Source: Promethearchaeota archaeon (GTDB lineage: Archaea > Asgardarchaeota > Lokiarchaeia > Sigyniarchaeales > SOKP01). From it: DNA of 64,000 nt. The notes below the pieces were generated by a model that saw nothing but the letters and a program-made list of their open reading frames with translations, did no database searches and was not told the origin of the DNA. The stretch is from assembly GCA_016840165.1 (NCBI GenBank), contig JAEOSU010000048.1, forward strand, positions 8,364-72,363. The letters run 5' to 3'. Positions within the stretch are counted from its first letter, which is position 1. Each line of letters opens with the position of its first letter. Made by a program: the position numbers and the translations under genes. Shown here in pieces: positions 38,404-46,332 of the stretch.

Positions 38404-39214
38404 TTTCAGTTAAGTTTTCAGAGGGCAGTGATTCAGGAATTTTAAAAGCTTCAAAAAGAGAATCAAGATTACCGGATTTATTATACTTCTCTTCGGGAAT
38501 TGTAGGAATCTTAAGTCTTAATGTTTTAACCGCTTCATGCTCCTTAACAAATAATTCTACCCCTTGTAATGATTTATCCCTCACTACGATTCGTATTGAA
38601 TAATTGCGGTCGTTGAAGAATGTAAATCCATTATTTAATCTTCCCATCTTTACGGGTTCAATACTAACTTTCTCTTCTTTTAAAAATGATTTAGGGATTT
38701 CCTCTTCTGAATAAATATTTCCTCCTAAAATAAGAAATACTCTATTGAGATGTTCAGGAATGGGATATTCTTTTGTATTTTCTAGTACTTTATTTAAGTG
38801 TGGGCTTTTAATAGCAATGGTTCCTACAGTAGAGTCTTCGGAAGGTTTCTCAAACGCATCTTTATCAATTGTTTGTGCTCTTCCAGGCCCTAAGGGTTTA
38901 TCTAAAATTTCTTGAAATTCCTTATCCTCTTCAGAATAGATATTTAGAGGATAAATTCTGTAAAACATTCGTAACTGTTTTCTAAGCTTATCTGCTAGAA
39001 TTCCACCGAAAATCTGGAGTTTAAGTGAACTATATGGTCCGTTATAGGTCCAAATTTTTTTTGTATCGTGATCGACAAGGAGAAAGACTTTATGATTATT
39101 TAAAGGATTGATTTTATCGCGTACAAACTCCCCATCTGATGCATCTACCGTTAAGAAGTAAGGAAATTCTCTTACTTCGATAACTTCAAAAATTTGCATT
39201 GAGTTAAATCCCAC
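38387..39214 (-). CDS. Gelsolin-like domain protein with uncharacterised C-terminal half
   Basis: VFLLVD...IWTYNG..SS......A..L...EEDKEF pattern of a gelsolin segment. Confidence 0.6.
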   Translation of the reverse strand: MGFNSMQIFEVIEVREFPYFLTVDASDGEFVRDKINPLNNHKVFLLVDHDTKKIWTYNGPYSSLKLQIFGGILADKLRKQLRMFYRIYPLNIYSEEDKEFQEILDKPLGPGRAQTIDKDAFEKPSEDSTVGTIAIKSPHLNKVLENTKEYPIPEHLNRVFLILGGNIYSEEEIPKSFLKEEKVSIEPVKMGRLNNGFTFFNDRNYSIRIVVRDKSLQGVELFVKEHEAVKTLRLKIPTIPEEKYNKSGNLDSLFEAFKIPESLPSENLTESDKTE

Positions 39215-39368
39215 ACTTGTGCTATACTTTTACTTAGTAATTTTCGATAAAATAAATTTTATTGTTTTTTCAATTCAATCCTAATTATTCAAAACTCCTT
39301 AAATCAATAAAATTTTTATATTTTAGGACATTCTTCATAGTAATTCTCGTTTTGTAAGATTGATAAAC

Positions 39369-39773
39369 ATGAGTTCGGAGAAAAGAGTTTACAAGTTGAA
39401 CATTTCTGGTGGAAACACTGGTCCCGGTAAAGGATTATCCAAATTAATTGAGATCGATGAGAAAAAATTTCGATTTGAGGGTATGAAGATTGGTGATTCA
39501 ATTAAAGGTGGTCTATTAGGATTTCCAAATTATGAATTCCAAATCACTGGAGGATCAGACGCTAGTGGATTTCCTATGAGGAAGGATGTCCACGGTCCTG
39601 TGAAAAAGAAAATTTTGGTCTCCAAAAGAGCTATTGGCTATAAACCACGTAGAAAAGGACAGAAGAAACGTAAAACAGTAAGAGGAAATGAAATTTCCTA
39701 TGATATGACGTTGATTAATCTTAAAGTCACAAAATATGGAGAAGCGGAGTTATTTAAAGGAAAAGAAGAGTAG
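39369..39773 (+). CDS. rps6e: 30S ribosomal protein eS6
   Basis: YKLNIS, ITGGSDASGFPM, KRKTVRGN. Confidence 0.95.
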   Translation: MSSEKRVYKLNISGGNTGPGKGLSKLIEIDEKKFRFEGMKIGDSIKGGLLGFPNYEFQITGGSDASGFPMRKDVHGPVKKKILVSKRAIGYKPRRKGQKKRKTVRGNEISYDMTLINLKVTKYGEAELFKGKEE

Positions 39774-39789
39774 TTAGGAGGAGAGAATT

Positions 39790-39972
39790 ATGGTAAAAGT
39801 AAAAAAATGCTCATTCTGCGGATATGATATACCAATCGGTAAGGGACACATGTTTATTAAGAAAGATGGAACTATTCTTAATTTTTGTACTCCTAAGTGT
39901 AGAAAGGCAATGCTGGTTGCGAAAAAGAATCCACGAAAAACACGTTGGACTATATATTACGGGAAACAGTAG
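39790..39972 (+). CDS. rpl24e: 50S ribosomal protein eL24
   Basis: CSFCG.DI..GKG...FC..KC...PRK..WT; AGGAG SD upstream. Confidence 0.95.
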   Translation: MVKVKKCSFCGYDIPIGKGHMFIKKDGTILNFCTPKCRKAMLVAKKNPRKTRWTIYYGKQ

Positions 39973-40075
39973 AGTCTTAATATTATATTAATTGAATAGT
40001 GATTGGTTATAAATCTTAAACTTAACTTTTTGAAACCAGTAGATAAATTGATTTATTAGTTAAATGAAATTCTTT

Positions 40076-40276
40076 TTATTGTAATCGAGAGAATTTTAAA
40101 AGATCATCTAGTAAATCTACTTGAGATACAATCATTCTCTGGCAACAAAACCTCTCAATGCCCAATTTTTTGAATGCTGATTTAGCAGATTCCCCTTTTT
40201 CTATAAGCTCTAAATAAGGTTCATATATATGGGCAATAAGTTTTCCACATGAAAAGCAGCGGATTGGAATTATCAT
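40076..40276 (-). CDS. rpoN: RNA polymerase subunit Rpo10 (N)
   Basis: MIIPIRCFSCGK...LGI.RFCC.RM. Confidence 0.96.
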   Translation of the reverse strand: MIIPIRCFSCGKLIAHIYEPYLELIEKGESAKSAFKKLGIERFCCQRMIVSQVDLLDDLLKFSRLQ

Positions 40277-40444
40277 AATTTGTTTACTCGTGAATTTATT
40301 ATTCTAATTCATACTTTTTTATAAGAACTAAAATATACCATAGAAAAAAAAATTTTGGTTTTTACCAATTTTTTATCTGAAACATCTGGAAAGCAAAAAT
40401 TTTATTTTTAATCGGATATTATTTAGTTCATTAAAAATCGATGA

Positions 40445-40481
40445 TTTATGAAAATATATTAAGAAAATATATTTGAAGGAG
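40445..40481 (+). promoter_or_regulatory. Putative kink-turn in the L7Ae 5' UTR overlapping the SD
   Basis: UAU bulge + GA (40450-51), 9-bp stem 40452-60/40466-74, GA (40475-76), then AGGAG; C-stem weak. Confidence 0.45.
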
Positions 40482-40487
40482 AAAAAA

Positions 40488-40859
40488 ATGAGTTATGTAA
40501 AATTTAAAGTTCCTGATGCTGTAAAAAATGAATTAAAAGAAGTAATCACAAAAATAGCTGAAACTCGCGATTCAAAAATAAGAAAGGGATTTAATGAAGT
40601 TACTAAATCAATTGAAAGAAGTTTAGCAAAATTAGTGGTTATGGCGGAAGATGTAAGTCCCCCAGAAATATTATTTCACATTCCCTTGCTCTGTGAAAAC
40701 AAATCTATTCCCTATGGGTATATTTCTACTAAAAAGGAATTGGGAAATTTGGTAAGAATTAATGTCGGTTCAGCAGCAATCGCTCTTGAAAAGCTCGGAA
40801 CTAATAATGAAAATGTGTTAGATAATCTGATTAAAAAGCTGGGAGAATTAAAAAAGTAG
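40488..40859 (+). CDS. rpl7ae: Ribosomal protein L7Ae (eL8)
   Basis: SYVKFKVP, IRKGFNEVTKSIER, AEDVSPPEI, KKELG; ATG 40488 follows AGGAG. Confidence 0.95.
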   Translation: MSYVKFKVPDAVKNELKEVITKIAETRDSKIRKGFNEVTKSIERSLAKLVVMAEDVSPPEILFHIPLLCENKSIPYGYISTKKELGNLVRINVGSAAIALEKLGTNNENVLDNLIKKLGELKK

Positions 40860-40873
40860 AGAAGTGAAATTCT

Positions 40874-41119
40874 ATGGTTAAATTGGATAAGTCAAAAGGT
40901 TCACAAGTGGATGATTACTCTATTCCTGCAGAGGTTATAGATATTGTTGGAAGGACTGGTTTAACAGGTGAAATCAATCAGATTAAGGTTCGTATTCTCG
41001 AAGGGCCTGACAAGAATAGAATTTTAACCCGAAATGTTAAAGGCCCGATACGAGAAAATGATATCGTAATCTTACGCGAAGTAGAAAGAGAAGCACGAAA
41101 GATTAGAAAAAGACGATAA
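40874..41119 (+). CDS. rps28e: 30S ribosomal protein eS28
   Basis: GRTG..GE..Q..VR, RNVKGP, EREAR. Confidence 0.96.
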   Translation: MVKLDKSKGSQVDDYSIPAEVIDIVGRTGLTGEINQIKVRILEGPDKNRILTRNVKGPIRENDIVILREVEREARKIRKRR

Positions 41120-41136
41120 GGAAATGCTAAAACCGA

Positions 41137-41334
41137 TTACTTATCAAAAAATTCCAATAGCTCTAAATTTTTATCTTCATTCTCAATAAATTCTCTGAGA
41201 GCAGTACGAATAGCCTCAGATCGGCTTGGAACAATTTTTAATTTGATTAGTTTTTGAATATTTTTATCATAACATTCTGGGATATTTATAGTAATATTCC
41301 GCATTCTAGGAGATTTTTTTTCATCGTCAGACAA
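41137..41334 (-). CDS. Ribbon-helix-helix (CopG/Arc/MetJ) protein
   Basis: NITINIP...SRSEAIRTALR. Confidence 0.85.
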   Translation of the reverse strand: MSDDEKKSPRMRNITINIPECYDKNIQKLIKLKIVPSRSEAIRTALREFIENEDKNLELLEFFDK

Positions 41335-41584
41335 TTTACCTGATACCTAACCCAACATAATTATAGAATATGAATTTAATCCATATTAAATGGAATAAGA
41401 ACAGCTAAAATATTGAATACCCTTTATCTGTTCCACCTTTTTGATAATAAAATATAAGTTAAACTTGTTTATAAAATTATCTCTCCCTATATAAAGGTTC
41501 CTATATCATATGTAAATTATTTTGACAGATTTATTTTCAAGTTGAACATTATTAACTTTTAATTTATATCAATTTGAAAATATT

Positions 41585-42271
41585 TTATTCACATTTATTA
41601 GTGTCTCTCTTCACATATCGTCCCCGACGTTCAATAGCAGAAATATTCTTTATAATTAGTTTTGATTCATTCTTTTCGACTGTTTTATATATAGATCGAT
41701 ATCCTTCCAGAAAGGCATCAAAACAGGGCTTAAAATCGCTTCCATGAGTTGAAACTAAAACTCGTTTAAATAGATGAATATCAACACTCTTGTCCTCAAT
41801 AGAATCAGAATATTCATGAAGTCCAAAATCGATGAAAAAAATTTGGTTCTTTTCAGTAATAATGATATTACTGGTCGTTATATCTCCATGCACATGCCCA
41901 TTAATATGGAGTCTGGCTACTTGCTGTCCTATATCATGAAAGATATTTTTTTTCTTTGAATTTGTTAATTTATACATTATTTCTTTTAATTTATGGCCTT
42001 CAATATATTTCATAATAATAAGAGCTTTTTCTGTATCGATCTCAAATACTTGAGGGATATTAATTCCCTCCTCTTTTAATTTAATTAATGCTCTCCCTTC
42101 ATTCAGAGTTCTTGTCGTTCTAATAGTGTAATCAAGTGATTCTTCGCGATATTTTTTTTTAATTCGATGTTTAAATATGACTTTTTTCCCAAACCAATAA
42201 CCCGCATAAATATTTGCTTCAGCTCCTTTATGCAAGAGCTCTTTTTGTATAATTAAATTTGAATCAATCAT
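41585..42271 (-). CDS. bud32: KEOPS complex kinase Bud32
   Basis: KGAEA, RT..E.R, HGDITTSN, IDFGL, VDIHL, RRGRY; adjacent to kae1. Confidence 0.95.
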   Translation of the reverse strand: MIDSNLIIQKELLHKGAEANIYAGYWFGKKVIFKHRIKKKYREESLDYTIRTTRTLNEGRALIKLKEEGINIPQVFEIDTEKALIIMKYIEGHKLKEIMYKLTNSKKKNIFHDIGQQVARLHINGHVHGDITTSNIIITEKNQIFFIDFGLHEYSDSIEDKSVDIHLFKRVLVSTHGSDFKPCFDAFLEGYRSIYKTVEKNESKLIIKNISAIERRGRYVKRDTNKCE

Positions 42272-42274
42272 GAT

Positions 42275-43288
42275 CTAGCCTCTCCAAGGTATTGATAAAG
42301 TGTCCATTCTTTCTTTTGGATCAATTACGGTAAAACGATTATCGTGTTCTCCTTCTGATTGATATCTCAATACACCTGTCCAAGCTATCATAACGCCATT
42401 ATCTCCGGCATACTTATGAGGTACAACTTCAAATCTTGCATTATGCTCTTTACTTATATATGCAATCATCTCTTGTAACCGTTTATTAGCCGCAACTCCA
42501 CCTGTTAATAACACTTCTTCTTTTTGCGTGTGAGCTAATGCACGTTCAGTAACCTCAGTTAGCATAGCAAATGCTGTTTCTTGCAAGGAATATGCTATAT
42601 CATTCCTCCCGTAGGCTTTTCCAAAAGAGTCACTTTCGATCAATTTTTTTGCTGCGGTATATAATCCAGAAAAGGATAAATCCATTCCCTTAACAACATA
42701 AGGTAATGAAAGATATCTTTTTGATTCTTGTGCTAGTTTCTCAATCTTAGGACCTCCTGGATGAGATAATCCAATATCACGAGCAAACATATCAATCATA
42801 TTTCCAATGGAAATATCCAAAGTTTCTCCAAATATTTGGTATTTGCCTGATTCATAGGCACTTACAATCGTATTCCCTCCAGAAACATATAATGTCAATG
42901 GATCATTAATATTACACATCAGGCGTCCAATTTCTATATGAGCAATACAATGATTCACCCCGATAATTGGAATATTAAGCAATTGACCGAGCATTCTTGC
43001 GACTTGAGCACCAATTTTTAAGATCGGCCCTAAGCCAGGACTTTTACTAAATGCAATTAAATCAATATCACGTATTTTACATTCAGCATCGTTAAGAGCT
43101 TTCCGAATTACACTCATAAAGTTATTTAGATGTTGTTCTTTAACCAAATAAGGATGAAGCCCTCCTTTTTCAGGGATAAATGTGTCATTAGCCACACTAT
43201 AGACCTTTCCATTAAAATCCATTATTCCAACGGACCAAGTGTGGGCTGTGGATTCGATTCCTAAAACCAGCTTAGTATTGAATTTCAT
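42275..43288 (-). CDS. kae1: tRNA N6-threonylcarbamoyltransferase Kae1
   Basis: LGIESTAH, NHCIAHIE, SGGNT, GGVAAN, DNGVMIAW. Confidence 0.96.
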   Translation of the reverse strand: MKFNTKLVLGIESTAHTWSVGIMDFNGKVYSVANDTFIPEKGGLHPYLVKEQHLNNFMSVIRKALNDAECKIRDIDLIAFSKSPGLGPILKIGAQVARMLGQLLNIPIIGVNHCIAHIEIGRLMCNINDPLTLYVSGGNTIVSAYESGKYQIFGETLDISIGNMIDMFARDIGLSHPGGPKIEKLAQESKRYLSLPYVVKGMDLSFSGLYTAAKKLIESDSFGKAYGRNDIAYSLQETAFAMLTEVTERALAHTQKEEVLLTGGVAANKRLQEMIAYISKEHNARFEVVPHKYAGDNGVMIAWTGVLRYQSEGEHDNRFTVIDPKERMDTLSIPWRG

Positions 43289-43373
43289 GAATAGTGAATT
43301 TTATATGTGATATTTTTTTAGCGTATATCTTAAAATTAGTGGTAGAAAAATTATAATTTTTGTTACAAGTAAA

Positions 43374-43607
43374 TTAGTTAGATTTTGTACGTTTTCTAGG
43401 AGATCTTCGTCTTCTTGCGACTGTCGCCGCTCCTTTCTTTCCTTTTCTCTTAAAAACAGTATAACCACAATTACCACATGTCGATCTATCATAGTGATCT
43501 GCGAGAAAATATGATGGTCCACACTTTGGACAAGTCCTATGATTTATAATTAATTTTCCATCTTCTATCTCATACATTTTTGAAATATCAGTTATTTTAA
43601 TCACCAA
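43374..43607 (-). CDS. rps27ae: 30S ribosomal protein eS31 (S27ae) with basic C-terminal extension
   Basis: CPKCG..FLA.H.DR..CG.C zinc finger; conserved rps24e-rps27ae-kae1 order. Confidence 0.93.
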   Translation of the reverse strand: MVIKITDISKMYEIEDGKLIINHRTCPKCGPSYFLADHYDRSTCGNCGYTVFKRKGKKGAATVARRRRSPRKRTKSN

Positions 43608-43625
43608 ATTTACTAATATTATTTT

Positions 43626-43982
43626 TCATTCAAACTCAAGTAGATGTTTGAATGGTTCCTTTCTCTTCTTTAGGCGATATATTTCTGTTCTTTTTTCGGG
43701 TTCTAAGTTCCTTACTTGAATGTGAAATGGTTCGTAAAATTGAAGATCCTTAGGATCTTCGTAAATATTTACTTTCCCCATGGTATAGGCTGAGCCGAAA
43801 TGCGTGTTCATATTTCTAATAATAGTGAGTCGTTCATTGGCATTCTTCATTGCAGCAACTTTTTTTTTAACTTCCAATCGGTTTGGAGACCCTTTACCAA
43901 AATGATCTATTCTAAATCGAATTTCAGTTCTATTAATTAAATCGTTCTTTTTCTCTTCCAGTAATTCTACTTTAAATGACAT
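43626..43982 (-). CDS. rps24e: 30S ribosomal protein eS24
   Basis: N.LI.R.E, H.GK.SP.R, T.FG...G...IY. Confidence 0.92.
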   Translation of the reverse strand: MSFKVELLEEKKNDLINRTEIRFRIDHFGKGSPNRLEVKKKVAAMKNANERLTIIRNMNTHFGSAYTMGKVNIYEDPKDLQFYEPFHIQVRNLEPEKRTEIYRLKKRKEPFKHLLEFE

Positions 43983-44131
43983 TTTAATGCCTAATAGCTT
44001 ATATTGACAGAATTTATCAGTTACTTCACAGATAAATCTAATTTAGTATGAGTAAAGAAGGATAAGAAATAAAATTTTTTGTTTTTCCCTAATAAAATGT
44101 ATTTGAATATGAATGAAGTAGAATTTAGTAG

Positions 44132-44719
44132 TTAATCTTGCTTCATAATGGATATGAACTTCTTTACCAACTTTTTTATTCTCTTAGATACATCCACCAT
44201 AACGATGCCTTCGGGAAGAGGATTCTTTGAATCGGTGATCGGAGGTTGTCCATAAAACACCAGGGTTTTACAATTTTCAATAAGAGGAAGCATTAAAACT
44301 AAAGGAAGAACCAGTAAATCTTCTTCTCCTTCGGTGATCTTTAATAAAGTTCTTGCGTTTGATTTGATAATTTGGTCTAAAATTTCGAAACTTTCCTCTG
44401 GAATTGTTCCACTTGGACTCTTAAATTCTATTATTTTATCAAAAAAGATATCGAACCCTAAGGTAATTTTATCTCTTTGAGTTTTCTCATCAATAATACA
44501 TAATCTAATAAATGCTTTCAAATAGCTATTTTCAAGAAAATCTTTTGAGACAATATCACCTACCAAATAAATCCTAATAAGACTATGCTCTTTTGAATAT
44601 TCTTTTATCAACTGTTCTACTTGAGGAATGGTTTGTTCTCTTGTACCTGAAATTAATTTACCTAAAGGCTGTGAAAACTTATGTCTTTCTTTTTCAGGTA
44701 TTTTTAAGTTATTTGGCAT
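44132..44719 (-). CDS. GTP-dependent dephospho-CoA kinase (DUF359)
   Basis: VGD, IIDEKTQR, P.GTI, GEEDLL, YGQP; conserved position after spt4. Confidence 0.9.
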   Translation of the reverse strand: MPNNLKIPEKERHKFSQPLGKLISGTREQTIPQVEQLIKEYSKEHSLIRIYLVGDIVSKDFLENSYLKAFIRLCIIDEKTQRDKITLGFDIFFDKIIEFKSPSGTIPEESFEILDQIIKSNARTLLKITEGEEDLLVLPLVLMLPLIENCKTLVFYGQPPITDSKNPLPEGIVMVDVSKRIKKLVKKFISIMKQD

Positions 44720-44788
44720 GATGCTAATGAAGAGGAAAGCTATTTTTTTTATACTAAGTTAAGAGTAATAATACATTTATGAAAAAAG

Positions 44789-44977
44789 TTATCTAACTCT
44801 TAATGCATACTTCCCAGGATAATGAATCTTAAGATATTCTGCAAATTTAGATTGTTCTGGTTTAATAACTATAACTTCACCAGTGTAATCCTCACTTAAT
44901 GTATGAGTTTTACATTTAGGACAAAGTTGATCATTTCTCGTAATTAAATGACAATTTTTACATGCTCTTTCTTTCAT
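44789..44977 (-). CDS. spt4: Transcription elongation factor Spt4 (RpoE2)
   Basis: ACKNC...CPKC...S.DY.G...PGKYALRVR; ATG 44977 preceded by GGTGA. Confidence 0.95.
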   Translation of the reverse strand: MKERACKNCHLITRNDQLCPKCKTHTLSEDYTGEVIVIKPEQSKFAEYLKIHYPGKYALRVR

Positions 44978-45005
44978 AGAAAAAATCACCTATCAATTAA
45001 TCATA

Positions 45006-45602
45006 TTACATTCCATTATTTTCTTCATCTGCTTCTGATACTTTATTTTTATCAGCATATTCTTCTTCAATATCCGCTTCTATCCATTCTGGTTTGCCTA
45101 AGAACCTTTGTCTCATAGTTAAACCTAATTTTCCGCTTCTACCAGTTCCTAATGACACGGCAATTATCTTCGCTCTTACCATATCATTTACTTCTAAAAT
45201 TTTTCCTGTTTCTTTACCTATAAATCGGTTCCCTACTTGTTCATATGAGATATAATCATCGCAGATTTGGGAGACATGAACCAAACCATCTAAGGGTCCT
45301 AATCTGATAAAGGACCCGAAATCAACAATTTCTACCACCTCTCCTTCCACAACTTCGGAGATCATAGGCTTAAATGCAAGAATTGAAAATTCAACTTCAT
45401 GAAATGTATTTGCGTTTCCAGGAATTATAATCCCTGGACCTACTTCAATGACATCAACAATTGCGATGATGAATCCATAGTCACGGGTGATAATTCCCTC
45501 ATAATCTTCTGAAAGGATGATTCTTGAACTGACCTCTTTTGGTTGATCGAACAAGAAAGGAGGAATTTCTACTTTCGCGGTAATTTGATATAATTTAAAA
45601 AT
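45006..45602 (-). CDS. rpoE1: RNA polymerase subunit Rpo7 (E'), apparent ATT start
   Basis: EVVEGEV, FIRLGPLDGLVHVSQI, GLTMRQ..LGK..WI. The conserved N-terminus (I)FKLYQITAKVEIPP lies upstream of the track's TTG and begins at ATT 45602, after AGGTG. Confidence 0.93.
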   Translation of the reverse strand: MFKLYQITAKVEIPPFLFDQPKEVSSRIILSEDYEGIITRDYGFIIAIVDVIEVGPGIIIPGNANTFHEVEFSILAFKPMISEVVEGEVVEIVDFGSFIRLGPLDGLVHVSQICDDYISYEQVGNRFIGKETGKILEVNDMVRAKIIAVSLGTGRSGKLGLTMRQRFLGKPEWIEADIEEEYADKNKVSEADEENNGM

Positions 45603-45708
45603 AATTTAGCACCTGCATAACAGACGAACTATAGTGAATATACATATGTAGAATAAAATTAATATTTTGTGGTTTTATGAGAATGAGGCAGTACTTATGA
45701 AAGTGATT

Positions 45709-46089
45709 TTAGATTAATTGTGCAATTTTTTCGCATGTACGCCTGCAGTCTAGTAATATCAATCCGAGTCGTACATCCTTGGCTGCAGAGACCGTTAATA
45801 CTGCATTTGGGCCCGCTTGGAGTACTAGGAGATATCCGTCGCTTCCTCTAATATATAATTGATCAAAATCACCTTTCTGCATCTCGATAATTGCCCTTTC
45901 GGATAAAGAAAGTAAGGCAGCAGTCATAGCGGCAATCCTAGTCTCATCAACATCCCGTGGTAGAGCAGAAGCAATCGGCAATCCTTCAGCAGAAACAATA
46001 GCTGCGGCTTCTACTTCAGGAATAGCGGCTAACAATTTTTTAAGCAAATCATCGAGTGAATCTGGCGTACTGGACTCCACTTTAGACAT
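45709..46089 (-). CDS. Roadblock/LC7 (MglB-like) protein
   Basis: AAIVSAEGLPIASAL, IAAMTAALL, LGLILLD. Confidence 0.93.
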   Translation of the reverse strand: MSKVESSTPDSLDDLLKKLLAAIPEVEAAAIVSAEGLPIASALPRDVDETRIAAMTAALLSLSERAIIEMQKGDFDQLYIRGSDGYLLVLQAGPNAVLTVSAAKDVRLGLILLDCRRTCEKIAQLI

Positions 46090-46332
46090 TCTCCTTCATG
46101 TACTAAAAAATTTTGTTAATATATATAATAATAAGTGAGTATTTAATATAACCTATTAATTAACTTCAACCATTACTTATATTTAAAGTAGATTGGTATT
46201 ATTTATTTTTTTTGTTTCTTTTGTGTTTAATTATTTTTTTTTATTTAGAGCTTATTAAGTTTTATAATATGTAGGTAAGAATCTCATTTGGTAGATTGGA
46301 TTACAGTACTTAATGATTTTAGAAAATATTTA

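Noticed and set aside
43301-43522. 73-aa ORF overlapping rps27ae
   Set aside because: Alternative-frame overlap of a conserved ribosomal protein gene, with no motif.
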